Source: an uncultured Acidobacteriota bacterium (lineage in GTDB: Bacteria > Acidobacteriota > Thermoanaerobaculia > Multivoradales > UBA5704). From it: a stretch of 64,000 nt of DNA. The position numbers and the translations under genes were made by a program. Below, piece after piece: positions 1-12,656 of the stretch. Numbering within the stretch: the stretch's first letter is position 1; each line of letters begins with the position of its first letter. Below the pieces are notes generated by a model. That model saw nothing but the letters and a program-made list of their open reading frames with translations, had not been told where the DNA came from and did not search any database. The DNA is taken from the NCBI GenBank assembly GCA_963700145.1, contig OY969474.1, forward strand, positions 3,328,001-3,392,000, written 5' to 3'.

Positions 1-121
1 GCGCGCGGTTTCTCAGGATGCCGACTTCGCCGTCCCAGGCGGGGAAGGCGACGAAGGTGGCTTCGGTCTCGAGCACCGCGCGCTCGGGGGTGATGACGCT
101 GACGTGGAAGGTTTCGGCCAT
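1..121 (-). CDS. atpC: ATP synthase F1 epsilon subunit, N-terminal part (runs off window start)
   Basis: Manual translation from ATG at 121: MAETFHVSVITPERAVLETEATFVAFPAWDGEVGILRNRA, matching the epsilon 'vvTPE...P..dGevGIL' pattern; directly follows atpD. Confidence 0.92.
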   Translation of the reverse strand, partial: MAETFHVSVITPERAVLETEATFVAFPAWDGEVGILRNRA

Positions 122-133
122 CGCGTTGCCGGC

Positions 134-1648
<1,515 letters not shown>

Positions 1649-1658
1649 TGGTCAGTCT

Positions 1659-2552
1659 TCAACTCAGGGCGTTGGCGCCGCCCACGATGTCGAGCAGCTC
1701 CATGGTGATCTGGGTCTGGCGCGCCCGGTTGTACTGCCGGGTGAGGGTCTTGATCATGTCGCCGGCGGCGTCGGTGGCGGCCTTCATCGCCACCATCCGC
1801 GCCACCTGCTCGGAGACTGCCGCGTCGGTGAAGGCCTGGAAGAGGCGGACGCGCACGGTGGCCGGTAGCAGCTCGTCGAGCAGCTCGGCGGGGCCGGGGG
1901 AGTACTCGTACTCGATCTGGCGGCCCGGCGTCACCGGGCCGGTGCCGGCCGGCGGCTCCGGCGCCCGCTCGGCGAGCGGCAGGAGCTGCACCACCCCGGG
2001 CCGCTGCACGCCGGCCGAGTGGAACTGCATCGACGCGACGTGCGCCGAGGCGATCTCGCCGGCCAGGAAGCGGGCCATGAGGGCGTTGGCGATCGGCTCG
2101 ACCTGGTCGAAGCGCGGCTTGTCGCTCACCCCGGTCGTCTGCTCGACGATCGGCCGGCGCAGGAAGCGGAAGAAGCCGATGCCCTTCTTGCCCACCATGT
2201 GGACGTCGGTCTCGATCCCCCGCTCCCGCTGCTCGTCGAGGTGGGCTGTGGCGGCGCGCAGGACGCCGGCGTTGTAGCCGCCGGCCAGGCCCCGGTCGCT
2301 GGTCAGGACGACGAGCGCCGAGCGCGGCACCTCGTCGTGGGTGGCGAGGAGCGGATGGCTCACCTCTTCGCCCGCGGCGCGCGACAGGTCGGCCGCCAGC
2401 TCGGCCAGCTTCTGCGAGTAGGGCTTGGTCGCCGTCGCGCGGTTGAAGGCCGCCTGGAAGCGGGCGGTGGCGATCAGCTGCATCGTCCGCGTGATCTTGC
2501 GGATGTTGCGCGCCGCCTTGCGCCGCTTGATGAGGACCCGCCGGTTGGCCAT
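1659..2552 (-). CDS. atpG: ATP synthase F1 gamma subunit
   Basis: KITRTMQLIA, TSDRGLAGGYN, SEQVARMVAMKAATD, YNRARQTQIT motifs. Confidence 0.98.
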   Translation of the reverse strand: MANRRVLIKRRKAARNIRKITRTMQLIATARFQAAFNRATATKPYSQKLAELAADLSRAAGEEVSHPLLATHDEVPRSALVVLTSDRGLAGGYNAGVLRAATAHLDEQRERGIETDVHMVGKKGIGFFRFLRRPIVEQTTGVSDKPRFDQVEPIANALMARFLAGEIASAHVASMQFHSAGVQRPGVVQLLPLAERAPEPPAGTGPVTPGRQIEYEYSPGPAELLDELLPATVRVRLFQAFTDAAVSEQVARMVAMKAATDAAGDMIKTLTRQYNRARQTQITMELLDIVGGANALS

Positions 2553-2569
2553 GAGCTAGGAGCCCGCGG

Positions 2570-4282
<1,713 letters not shown>

Positions 4283-4301
4283 GCGGTGTCCTCGTTTCTC
4301 A

Positions 4302-4910
4302 TTAGGTCTCTGCTTGAGCCTCCGGCGCCGAGCGGCGCTTGAGGATCTCCTCCGAGGCCCGCCGCGCCAGCGCCGCGCCCAGCTCGCGCAGGCGGGCGGC
4401 GAGGCTGGCGTCCAGCTTCCGTCCTTCCAGCTCGACGACGATCCCGCCGAGGACCTTCGGATCGACCACCTCCTGGAGCTCGGGCGTGCCGCCGCTCCAG
4501 CGGCGGACGGACTCGACGAGCCGCGCCCGCAGCGGCGGCGGGATCGGCACCGCCGTCCGCACCTTGACGTCCACCAGGCCGCGCGCCGCGCGCAGCTCGC
4601 GGCGGTAGGACTCGGCGAGCGTGCGCAAGACCATCAGCCGCCCCTTCCGGTTGAGCACCTGGAGGGCGTCGACCAGAAGGTCGCTCGCCTTGCCGCGGAA
4701 GAGCTTTTCGAGGCTGTCCCGCCGCCGCTCGTCGTCGACCAGGGGGCTGCCGGCGAACTCGGCGAACTCCGGGTCGCGGTCGAGGAGGCGCGCCAGCTCG
4801 GCCAGCTCCTCCGCCACGCGCTCGGACTCCCCGCGCTCCTCGGCCAGCGCCAGGAGCGAACGGGCGTAGACCCCCGCCAGGGCGAGCTGCCGCTCGTCGA
4901 AGCCCGCCAC
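4302..4910 (-). CDS. atpH: ATP synthase delta subunit
   Basis: YARSLL N-terminal helix, C-terminal [11 protein letters not shown]...DASL; position between atpF and atpA. Confidence 0.95.
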   Translation of the reverse strand: MAGFDERQLALAGVYARSLLALAEERGESERVAEELAELARLLDRDPEFAEFAGSPLVDDERRRDSLEKLFRGKASDLLVDALQVLNRKGRLMVLRTLAESYRRELRAARGLVDVKVRTAVPIPPPLRARLVESVRRWSGGTPELQEVVDPKVLGGIVVELEGRKLDASLAARLRELGAALARRASEEILKRRSAPEAQAET

Positions 4911-4913
4911 GCC

Positions 4914-5507
4914 CTAGTTCCTCGGCATCGCGTCGAGACCGTCGATCGACTCGGCGATCAGCCGCTCGTGGTCGCCGGGCGTCAGCTCGCGGCCGAGGAC
5001 GCGGCCCGCCATGTCGGTGGCGAGGCGCGCCGAGAGGGTGTAGAGCTCCTTGGTCGCGGTGTCGGTGGCGATCTGGATCTCGCGCTTGGCGCGCGCGATC
5101 ATCTTGTCCCCCTCCTGCCGCGCCTCCTCCATCACCTGGCGCTTGACCACCTCGGCGTCGCGCCGCCCCTCGTCGACGATCGCCGAGGCCTCGGCGCGCG
5201 CCGTCGCCAGCCGCTCCTCGTACTCGCGCAGCCGTGCCTCGGCCGCCTCGCGGTCCTGCTTGGCCCGCTCGAGCGCCTCGCGGATGAAGCTCTCGCGCGC
5301 CTGCATGGCCCCGAGGATCGGCCCCCAGGCGTACTTGCCGAGGACGAAGAGGACGATGAGGAAGATCGCCAGCGTCCAGATGGCGTTGCCGACGTCGCCG
5401 GCGAAGAGGTTGCTCGACCCCTCGCCGGCGGCGTGCTCCGCCTCTTCGGCGGCGGCCGCCGCCCGCGCCAGCAGGAAGGCGGCCGCTGCGGTCAGTCGCG
5501 CGCGCAT
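4914..5507 (-). CDS. atpF: ATP synthase Fo b subunit
   Basis: Single TM helix IWTLAIFLIVLFVLGKYAWGPIL followed by a long charged coiled coil. Confidence 0.95.
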   Translation of the reverse strand: MRARLTAAAAFLLARAAAAAEEAEHAAGEGSSNLFAGDVGNAIWTLAIFLIVLFVLGKYAWGPILGAMQARESFIREALERAKQDREAAEARLREYEERLATARAEASAIVDEGRRDAEVVKRQVMEEARQEGDKMIARAKREIQIATDTATKELYTLSARLATDMAGRVLGRELTPGDHERLIAESIDGLDAMPRN

Positions 5508-5509
5508 CG

Positions 5510-5884
5510 TCAGGCGACGAGCGCCGCGAGCAGGCCGACGACGATGGCGAAGAGCGCCGCGCCCTCGACCATGGCCGCGGTGACGATCATCGCGGTGTTG
5601 ATGCGGCCGGCGGCCTCGGGCTGGCGGGCCATCGACTCGACGGCGCTGGCGCCGATCCTGCCGACGCCGGCGGCGCCGCCCATGATCGCGAGCCCGGCGC
5701 CGATCGCGCCGCCGAGCTTGCCGGCGCCGCGGGTCGTGAGGAAGTATGAGGACTCGTCGCCGGCGGCCGCGGGCGCGCCGGCCTCGGCCTCCTGGGCGGC
5801 GGCGGGCAGGGCGGGCAGCAGCATCATCACCATTCCCAGCCCGATGGCGAGCAGGGCGAGCTTCGAGACGGTCTTCTGGTTCAT
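5510..5884 (-). CDS. atpE: ATP synthase Fo c subunit with N-terminal signal-peptide-like extension
   Basis: GAGLAIMGGAAGVGRIG...ARQPE...AAMVEG; start taken at ATG 5884 (MNQKTV). Confidence 0.93.
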   Translation of the reverse strand: MNQKTVSKLALLAIGLGMVMMLLPALPAAAQEAEAGAPAAAGDESSYFLTTRGAGKLGGAIGAGLAIMGGAAGVGRIGASAVESMARQPEAAGRINTAMIVTAAMVEGAALFAIVVGLLAALVA

Positions 5885-5922
5885 GGTCGCGTGCGTCCTT
5901 TCGTGCAAAAGGGTGGATGCGT

Positions 5923-6768
5923 TCAATGGGCCTCGGCGTGCTCCTCGTGCACGACGACGGAGGTGCCGATGAAGAGCGCGGTCAGGAAGGTGAAGATGAA
6001 GGCCTGGAGGAAGGCCACGAAGATCTCCAGCATGGTGATCGCCACACTGCCGACGACCACCGGCACCGCCACCGCGAAGCCGCCGCCGGGACCCATCGCA
6101 CTGCCGGCGCTCAGGATGAAGCTGAGCAGCACGGCGAGCAGGATGTGGCCGGCGATCATGTTGGCGAAGAGGCGGACGGCGAGGGCGAAGATGCGCGCGA
6201 AGAGGCCGATGATCTCGACCGGCACGAGCAGCGGGGCGAGCCACAGCGGTCCCGGGCAGAAGTGGGCGACGTAGTGCTTGCCGCCCAAACGGAAGCCGTT
6301 GGCGACCATCATCACCATGGTGACGATGGCAAGGGTCGCGGTCACCCAGATGTTGCCGGTGGCGGTGCCGCCGATGTGAGCGCCGCCCAGCCCCGCGAGC
6401 GCCGCGATCGGCAGCATGCCCAGCAGGTTGATCGTCAGGATGAAGAAGAAGACGGTCCAGAGGAACTTGATGAAGCGGTCGGTGTGCTCGCCGAGCGCCG
6501 GCTCGGCGACCTCCTTGCGCAGGTAGGCGCAGATCGCTTCGAGGGCGTTGCCGGCGCCGGCCGGCACGTGGCGGCCGACCGGGTCGGCGCCGCGGCGCTT
6601 GCGCACGGCGAAGGGAACGAAGAGGACGAGCAGCAGGCCGGCGATGATGATCATCAGGATGTGGTTGTCGAGGATGGTGATCTGGCCGTCGGGGGTGAGG
6701 AAGCCCAGGTCGGCGGGCTTGCTCACCAGCCGGTGGCGGACCACGTGCTCGAGCGGATCGGCTGCCAC
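5923..6768 (-). CDS. atpB: ATP synthase Fo a subunit
   Basis: NLLGMLP, TATGNIWVT, LAVRLFANMIAGH, LQAFIFTFL; GTG start at 6768 with GAGG upstream. Confidence 0.96.
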   Translation of the reverse strand: MAADPLEHVVRHRLVSKPADLGFLTPDGQITILDNHILMIIIAGLLLVLFVPFAVRKRRGADPVGRHVPAGAGNALEAICAYLRKEVAEPALGEHTDRFIKFLWTVFFFILTINLLGMLPIAALAGLGGAHIGGTATGNIWVTATLAIVTMVMMVANGFRLGGKHYVAHFCPGPLWLAPLLVPVEIIGLFARIFALAVRLFANMIAGHILLAVLLSFILSAGSAMGPGGGFAVAVPVVVGSVAITMLEIFVAFLQAFIFTFLTALFIGTSVVVHEEHAEAH

Positions 6769-6770
6769 GG

Positions 6771-7187
6771 TCAGGACCTCTTCGCGTTCGCGTCGCCCGA
6801 CGCCTCCAGGGCGTAGCGGGTGTCGGGTATCAACAGCAGGACGTAGCTCACGGCCAGCCAGAGGAGCAGGGGCGCGGTCGCGAAGCGTCCGGAGAGCGCC
6901 GCGGCGAGCCCCAGCGCCAGGGTGGTGAAGAGGCGCACGGTGGCGGCGGCGATGGTGCGGGCCGGCGCTTCCGTGGGCGCGGCGGGAAGCCGCGCCAGTC
7001 TCAGTCCCCCCAGCGCCGAGCCCAGCGCGCTGATGCCGCAGCCGGCGGTCATCGCGGCCAGCGCTCCCTCCCCGCCCCACCGGCGCGTCGGCACAGCTCC
7101 CAGAAGGGCCGCCGCGGCGGTCCAGAGGGCAACGCTGCCGAGGAACCGCAGGTAGCTCTCTGCGGGCCGCGGCGGCGCGCCGCTCAC
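6771..7187 (-). CDS. AtpI-like four-TM membrane protein of the atp operon
   Basis: Hydrophobic 138-aa ORF between gene 1 and atpB; GTG start overlaps the upstream stop (GTGA). Confidence 0.7.
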   Translation of the reverse strand: MSGAPPRPAESYLRFLGSVALWTAAAALLGAVPTRRWGGEGALAAMTAGCGISALGSALGGLRLARLPAAPTEAPARTIAAATVRLFTTLALGLAAALSGRFATAPLLLWLAVSYVLLLIPDTRYALEASGDANAKRS

Positions 7188-7438
7188 TGCTCTTCGCCCT
7201 GGTTCCGGGTGTCCTCGCTTGCCGCTTCTTGGGAGGCGGCGAGCGATTGGCGGATCAGATTGTACAGGCCGCCGACGACGCCGAGGAGGACCCCCACGAC
7301 CAGGCCCCACGGCGCGGTTCCCCAGTGCCGGTCGACCCAGTAGCCGACCAGGGTGAAGCCTAGGATCGCGGCCGCGAGCTCGACGCCGAGAGCGGAGAAA
7401 CGGACCCAGCTCGACTGCTGCTCTGACGGCTCCGGCAT
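7184..7438 (-). CDS. AtpZ/AtpI family (ATPase gene 1) protein
   Basis: LGVELAAAILGFTLVGYWVDRHWGTAPWG...G pattern typical of the ATPase_gene1 family; first gene of the operon. Confidence 0.9.
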   Translation of the reverse strand: MPEPSEQQSSWVRFSALGVELAAAILGFTLVGYWVDRHWGTAPWGLVVGVLLGVVGGLYNLIRQSLAASQEAASEDTRNQGEEQ

Positions 7439-7624
7439 CGTGGGGGGGACCCCGTCCCGGCGGGCGGGGCGGAGTTTATAGAACCCTTAGCGCCGGGCGC
7501 AATGGGGCGCTGCCGGCGGGAAACGGCGCGCGCAATTTGTGGACTTCGGGATCTGAGGCGCGCGCCTCCGCTTCGCTGCGCGCCGGATCGGTGGAGGACT
7601 ACGGTCGGCGTTGCCAGCGCTTGC

Positions 7625-8332
7625 TCAGAGGTTCCCTCTGGCAGCGCCCCATTGCGCCCTACCTGTGGTGGCCTTCGAAAGGAGGAGGGAGGAGAGGTTG
7701 TGGTCGGCGCGGTTGAGGAGGACTGCGTGCAGGCCGGCGGCTTCGGCGCCTTCTACGTCTTCTAGCTGGCGGTCGCCGATGTGGAGGGTGGAGAAGGACG
7801 GGACGGCTAGGCGGTCGAGCGCGAAGGCGAAGATGCGCTGGTCGGGCTTCTCGGACCCTACTTGAAAGGACGTGACGATGGCCTCGAAGTGATGGGCGAG
7901 GTCCAGAGCGGCGAGGAGGGGCGGGAGGCGGTCGTCCCAGTTGGCGATGACAGCCAACTTGAGGTCGCGGGCGCGGAGCTTCTCGAGGACGTCCGGGACT
8001 TCCGGGTAGACCTCCCAGGCTTCCGGTTGCGCGAAGCGGTGGTAGAGCTCGGCGGCGGCGAAGCGGGAGGGGGGTGGGGCGCCGAGGTGCTCGCAGAGAC
8101 GCTCGAGGAACCGGGCCCACCAGCCGCGCGGGCCTTCGGGGTGGGCGGCGAAGCGGTCGTAGGCGGGGTCGGCGCTGCAGGCGAGCTCCTGCCAGACGAG
8201 GGTGATGAGGCGCTCGGCTTCGGCGGGGGTGACGGCGACGCCGTGGCGCTCCAGGGTCTCGGCGTAGATCTCCCCGCGGCGCGGGCTGTGAAGGAGGGTG
8301 CCGGTGGCGTCGAAGGTGACGGCCCGCAGCAT
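7625..8332 (-). CDS. HAD-superfamily hydrolase, REG-2-like (subfamily IA)
   Basis: FDATGTL motif I, IANWD, EKPD, HIGD...DVEGA; real start at ATG 8332 (the ORF-track extension runs through the repeat array). Confidence 0.9.
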   Translation of the reverse strand: MLRAVTFDATGTLLHSPRRGEIYAETLERHGVAVTPAEAERLITLVWQELACSADPAYDRFAAHPEGPRGWWARFLERLCEHLGAPPPSRFAAAELYHRFAQPEAWEVYPEVPDVLEKLRARDLKLAVIANWDDRLPPLLAALDLAHHFEAIVTSFQVGSEKPDQRIFAFALDRLAVPSFSTLHIGDRQLEDVEGAEAAGLHAVLLNRADHNLSSLLLSKATTGRAQWGAARGNL

Positions 8333-8382
8333 GCCGGGGAGGATACTCCGCGAGCGCCGCGGCGGGAGAACCCGCGCCGGTT

Positions 8383-8447
8383 CAGAATAACCGCCGGCTC
8401 CGGCCGGCGACCTCTCGGGTAGCGGCGCCCATAACCGGGCGACGCAA
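8383..8447. repeat. Two-hairpin structured element, copy 1 (copy 2 at ~16456-16520)
   Basis: CGCCGGC-TCCG-GCCGGCG, ACCTCTCGGGTA, GCGGCGCCCATAACCGGGCGACGC; the second copy differs by compensatory substitutions. Confidence 0.75.
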
Positions 8448-8842
8448 ATGCACCCCGCGGGGCTTCCGGGGTGCACCGCCGCGCCTGCGCCGATCGCCGC
8501 CGGACCTTTTTTGCACCATTTTCGGCCAGGGATGCACCATCCTGACCCTCGGGACGTCGCCGGAGCGCCTCGGGAGGTTGCCGCGGGCGCTCGGGAAGGC
8601 GCCGGAGGCGGAGAAATGCACCATTTCGGTCCCGAATGGTGCACCTTTCCTCTTGAGGATTTATCCTCAGGCCTCGCGGGGTGCATTTCTGCCGTTCGAT
8701 GGTGTATTTCTCCGGCCGGGGAAACATCTCCAGGCGCCGCGGGAACGTCTCCAGCGGCCGCGGCGCCGTTTTGGCCGGCTCGATGGTGCATGGCGGCGCC
8801 GGAATGGTGCATTTCTCCTCCGGCGGGGACGTCCCGGGGGCC
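8446..8842. repeat. Degenerate 21-bp-period array with central inversion
   Basis: TGCACC at 8449, 8512, 8533, 8617; TCGGGA at 8549, 8570, 8591; inverted GGTGYA at 8638, 8680, 8701, 8785, 8806. Spacings within each set are multiples of 21. Confidence 0.8.
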
Positions 8843-9030
8843 GTGCTAGCTTTCCTCCGTGCGCTCGCCGACGTTGCGCGCCGCGGTGGCGATCGGGCTG
8901 GTTTCTGGGTGGATGACGGCGCTCTTCGCCGGCTTCGCCGGCGGCGGCGCGGTGCACCTGGCGCTGGTCGCCGCGCTCCTTCTTTTCCCTTGGCGGCTCC
9001 TGCGCGACGACGCCGCGGGCGACTGATCTC

Positions 9031-10044
9031 ATGCCGAGCTTCGAACGCACGCCCCCCGAGGCCCAGGCCCTGCTCGAGCGGCCGATCCGCGAGCTGGGGC
9101 TGAAGCTCGAGGGGTCGCCGCTCGAGCGCTACGTCGAGGAGCTGTACCGCGAGCTGGAAGCGAAGGGGCTGCGCCATTTCCGTCCCCCCTGCTACCTCAC
9201 CGACGAGTGGGGGTGCCCTTCGGGCGAGCCGATCATCGGCATTCCCTTCTACCTCGCCGATCCGCGCGTGGCCGAGCTCGAGCGGGCGATGAACGACCTC
9301 GAGGACGAGCGCGAGATCATGATGTACCTCCGCCACGAGGCCGGGCACGCCTTCAACTACGCCTACGCGCTGTACAAGACCGCGGAGTGGCGCTCGGTGT
9401 TCGGGCCGTTCCGCCGCCCTTACCGCGAGGACTACAAGCCGATCCCCTTCTCGCGCGACTTCGTGCGCCACATCTCCGGCTGGTACGCGCAGAAGCACCC
9501 GGACGAGGACTTCGCCGAGACCTTCGCCCTCTGGGTCACGCCCGACTGCGACTGGCGCGAGCGCTACGAAGGATGGGGCGCGCTGCGGAAGCTCGAGTAC
9601 GTCGACCGCATCGCGTCTGAGGTCGGCGACCGCGAGCCGGTGCGCTCCTCGCCGCGCACCGACATCACGGTCGAGGAGATGGACGCGACGCTCGCCGACT
9701 TCTATCGCGCACAGGAGGGCGAGCTCGAGACCGTCAAGGCGCTGCCGCTCGACGCCGACCTGGTGAAGATCCTGCGCGGCGGGCGCGGCGCTCCGCCTCC
9801 CGAGGCGCGGCCCGCGGCGGAGCTCGTCGCCGCGCACCGGCGCGCGATGATCGACTCGGTCGCCGACTGGACGGGGATGCGCCGGCCGCTGGTCAAAGCG
9901 CTCGTCGAGCACATCCAGCGGCGCGCCGCGGCGCTCGGTCTCGCGGTCGCGCCCGGCCGCGAGAACGAAGCGGCGATCCGCTTGACCGCGTACGTCGCGA
10001 CGCTCGCCACCGCGTACCTCACGCGCGGCATCGCGCACCGCTAG
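9031..10044 (+). CDS. Putative zinc-binding (zincin-like) metallopeptidase
   Basis: LRHEAGHA (HExxH) and YAQKHPDEDFAETFA; upstream of an ATP-grasp gene. Confidence 0.88.
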   Translation: MPSFERTPPEAQALLERPIRELGLKLEGSPLERYVEELYRELEAKGLRHFRPPCYLTDEWGCPSGEPIIGIPFYLADPRVAELERAMNDLEDEREIMMYLRHEAGHAFNYAYALYKTAEWRSVFGPFRRPYREDYKPIPFSRDFVRHISGWYAQKHPDEDFAETFALWVTPDCDWRERYEGWGALRKLEYVDRIASEVGDREPVRSSPRTDITVEEMDATLADFYRAQEGELETVKALPLDADLVKILRGGRGAPPPEARPAAELVAAHRRAMIDSVADWTGMRRPLVKALVEHIQRRAAALGLAVAPGRENEAAIRLTAYVATLATAYLTRGIAHR

Positions 10045-10110
10045 AAAAAAAACGCCGAGAACGCGCCGTTAAGAAGTACAATCGGCCGCAAGGAATTCGG
10101 CCGAGCAGAG

Positions 10111-11151
10111 ATGGCTACGATCACCATCCTTCACGACGTCGTCCCCGACGACGGCCGCGTCGAGCCGACGCTCGAGCCGGCGGAGGCGCCGACGAACGGC
10201 CGCCGCAAGAAGGGGCGGCGCAAGCCGCGCCGGCCGCTGCTCGACCGCGAGGAGGTGCACGCGGCGCTCCTGACGCTCGGGCACGAGCCGTCCTACTACG
10301 CGCTCGAAGGGAGCCCCGCGAGCCTCGCCGGGCTCGGCCGCGCGAAGACGGACCTGGTCTTCAACCTGAGCGAAGCCTTCGGCGGCGACGACACCAAGGA
10401 CATGCAGATCGCCGCCTTCTTGGACCTCCTCGGCCGGCCCTACACCGGCGCCGGCCCGCGCGCCCTCCACCTGGCGCAGGACAAGGGGCTGGCGAAGAAG
10501 GTGCTCGCCTTCCACGGCATCAAGACGCCCGACTTCGCGGTGGCCTATCGCGGCGCGCTCGACCACTCGCACGACATCGACTTCCCGCTGATCGTCAAGC
10601 CGGCCTCCGAGGACGGCTCGATCGGCATCGACGCCGGCGCTGTCGTCGGCTCGGTCAAGGAGCTGATGGAGCGGCTCGACTACATCCAGTCCACCTTCGA
10701 CTGTCCGGCGCTGGTCGAGGAGTACGTCGAGGGGCGCGAGATCTACGCCGCGGTGCTCGGCAACGGCCGGCCCGAGGCGCTGCCGCTCGTCGAGCTGGAC
10801 CTCTCGAAGCTCCCCGACGGCGTGCCGCGGATCGCCGGCAGCGAGGTCAAGTGGGAGACCGGCAGCGCCGTCTACCGCAAGACCAAGTCGGCGCCGGCCA
10901 GGGACCTCGACGAAGAGACGGCGGCGAAGATCCAGAAGACGGCGCTCGGCGTCTACCAGGCGCTGAAGCTCCGCGACTACGCGCGCGTGGACCTGCGGCT
11001 GACCGAGGCGGGCGAGATCTACGTCATCGAGGCGAACCCCAACCCCTGGATCGCCTCGGGCGCGGAGTTCGCGATGGCGGCGCGCGAGTCCGGCCGCTCC
11101 TACACGCAGCTGATCGGCGAGATCGTCGAGCTGGCGCGGCAGCGGGCCTAA
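10111..11151 (+). CDS. D-Ala-D-Ala ligase-like ATP-grasp enzyme
   Basis: FNLSE, PYTGAG..L.LAQDK, IVKPASEDGSIGI, EEYVEGRE, RDYARVDLR, IEANPNP; lacks the canonical Ddl N-terminal GG.S.E motif. Confidence 0.88.
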   Translation: MATITILHDVVPDDGRVEPTLEPAEAPTNGRRKKGRRKPRRPLLDREEVHAALLTLGHEPSYYALEGSPASLAGLGRAKTDLVFNLSEAFGGDDTKDMQIAAFLDLLGRPYTGAGPRALHLAQDKGLAKKVLAFHGIKTPDFAVAYRGALDHSHDIDFPLIVKPASEDGSIGIDAGAVVGSVKELMERLDYIQSTFDCPALVEEYVEGREIYAAVLGNGRPEALPLVELDLSKLPDGVPRIAGSEVKWETGSAVYRKTKSAPARDLDEETAAKIQKTALGVYQALKLRDYARVDLRLTEAGEIYVIEANPNPWIASGAEFAMAARESGRSYTQLIGEIVELARQRA

Positions 11152-11930
11152 CGCGAGCTGTCCAGCCGCGCTTCGACCGGGTTCTTCAGCACCCCGACCC
11201 CGGGGACCTCCACTTCGACGACGTCGCCGTCGACGAGCGGGCCGACGCCGGCGGGCGTGCCGGTTAAGACGACGTCGCCGGCCTCGAGCGTGACGTAGCG
11301 CGAGACGTAGACCAGGAGATCGAGGATCCCCCAACTCATCTGCCGCACGTGGCCGCGCTGGCGCTCGGCGCCGTTGACCCGGGTCACCACCTCCAGGTCG
11401 TCGAAGTCCGGCCGCACCAGGATCGCCGGCCCCAGCGGGCAGAAGGTGTCGAGCGACTTGGCGCGGACGAAGGTGGCGTCGCGGCGCTGGAGGTCGCGGG
11501 CGGTGACGTCGTTGGCGCAGGTGACGCCGAGGACGGCGCTCGCGGCGTCCTCGCGGTCGCCGTGCCGCAGCCGCTGGCGCAAGACGACGGCGATTTCGCC
11601 TTCGTGCTCGACCTGCACGCTCTCCGGCGGCAGGAGGATCGTCGCGTTGGGGCCGACGACCGCCGACGGCGACTTCAAAAAGATGAGCGGCTCGGCCGGC
11701 GGCTCGTTCCCCAGCTCGCGGGCGTGCTCGGCGTAGTTCCTGCCGATGCCGACGATCTTCCCGGGCAAGACCGGCGTCATCGGCCAAGCGGCGTCGGCCG
11801 GCACCGGCCGGCCCATCTCCCAGCCGCCCGGCAGCGTCTCGAAAGGGTCGGAGTAGAGCGTGCGCAGCTCCCCGCCCGGCTCCTCCTGGACGGCGTAGAG
11901 GCCCTCGGGCCCGAGGCGGTAGAGCAGCAC
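11148..11930 (-). CDS. Fumarylacetoacetate hydrolase family protein
   Basis: GRNYAEH, IFLKSPS, VEHEGE, NDVTARDLQ, AKSLDTFCPLGP, LTGTPAGVG; start uncertain (GTG 11930 chosen). Confidence 0.92.
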   Translation of the reverse strand: MLLYRLGPEGLYAVQEEPGGELRTLYSDPFETLPGGWEMGRPVPADAAWPMTPVLPGKIVGIGRNYAEHARELGNEPPAEPLIFLKSPSAVVGPNATILLPPESVQVEHEGEIAVVLRQRLRHGDREDAASAVLGVTCANDVTARDLQRRDATFVRAKSLDTFCPLGPAILVRPDFDDLEVVTRVNGAERQRGHVRQMSWGILDLLVYVSRYVTLEAGDVVLTGTPAGVGPLVDGDVVEVEVPGVGVLKNPVEARLDSSR

Positions 11931-11971
11931 GGGGCGGATTGTAGAATCCCCCGCCAAACGAGGAGGGGGTC

Positions 11972-12640
11972 ATGCCGACAATCCGCGCCTGCGCGCTCGT
12001 TGTCGTGGTGCTCTCGGCGGTCGCCGTGCTGGCCGGCTGCGGCGACGCCGGGAAGGTCAAGGATGCCGTCCGCGTGCTGCAGGCGCACAGCGGGCCGCCC
12101 GACAGGCCGTTCGCGACCGACGCCGTCGCGAAGGGGGCGCGCCAGCTGGAGGAGCAGCTCGGCGGGCCCGTGCGCGTGCTCAACCTCGAGATCAGCGACC
12201 GCAGCATCGTCTTCCAGATCCAGGACCCGGCGCAGCCCGCCAACGTCGACGCCTACGAGCTGCGCAACGGCGAGCTCCTGGGGCCGGAGCCGGTGCAGCT
12301 GATGGGCGACGCGGACCTCGAGGCGAGCCTTTACCCGCTGGCGGAGGTCCCGCTCGAGCGCGTCCCGGAGCTGGCGAAGGCGGCGGCCGCCGCGCTTGCG
12401 CTCGAGGGCGGGAAGGTCAGCAGCATGCGGGTGCACCGCAGGTTCTCCGCCATCCGCCCGGAGATGCGGGAAGCGCTCGACCGCGCCCGCCGCAGCGCCG
12501 GCATCGAGCCCCGGGTCGAAAAGCCCGACGTCCCCGACGGGGGCGTGGCGGTCGAGATCTACGTCGACAGCCCGCGCCGCAAGGGCTACGTCCTCGCCGA
12601 CGGCAGCAACTTCGAGATCGTGCGACAGAACGTGCTCTGA
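11972..12640 (+). CDS. Hypothetical lipoprotein
   Basis: Signal peptide with lipobox VLAGC; GAGGAG RBS. Confidence 0.75.
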   Translation: MPTIRACALVVVVLSAVAVLAGCGDAGKVKDAVRVLQAHSGPPDRPFATDAVAKGARQLEEQLGGPVRVLNLEISDRSIVFQIQDPAQPANVDAYELRNGELLGPEPVQLMGDADLEASLYPLAEVPLERVPELAKAAAAALALEGGKVSSMRVHRRFSAIRPEMREALDRARRSAGIEPRVEKPDVPDGGVAVEIYVDSPRRKGYVLADGSNFEIVRQNVL

Positions 12641-12656
12641 GATCGGAGGACTCTCG

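Noticed and set aside
7625-8812. 395-aa HAD with a His-rich N-terminal extension
   Set aside because: The extension is the translated 21-bp array; HAD motif I starts right after ATG 8332.
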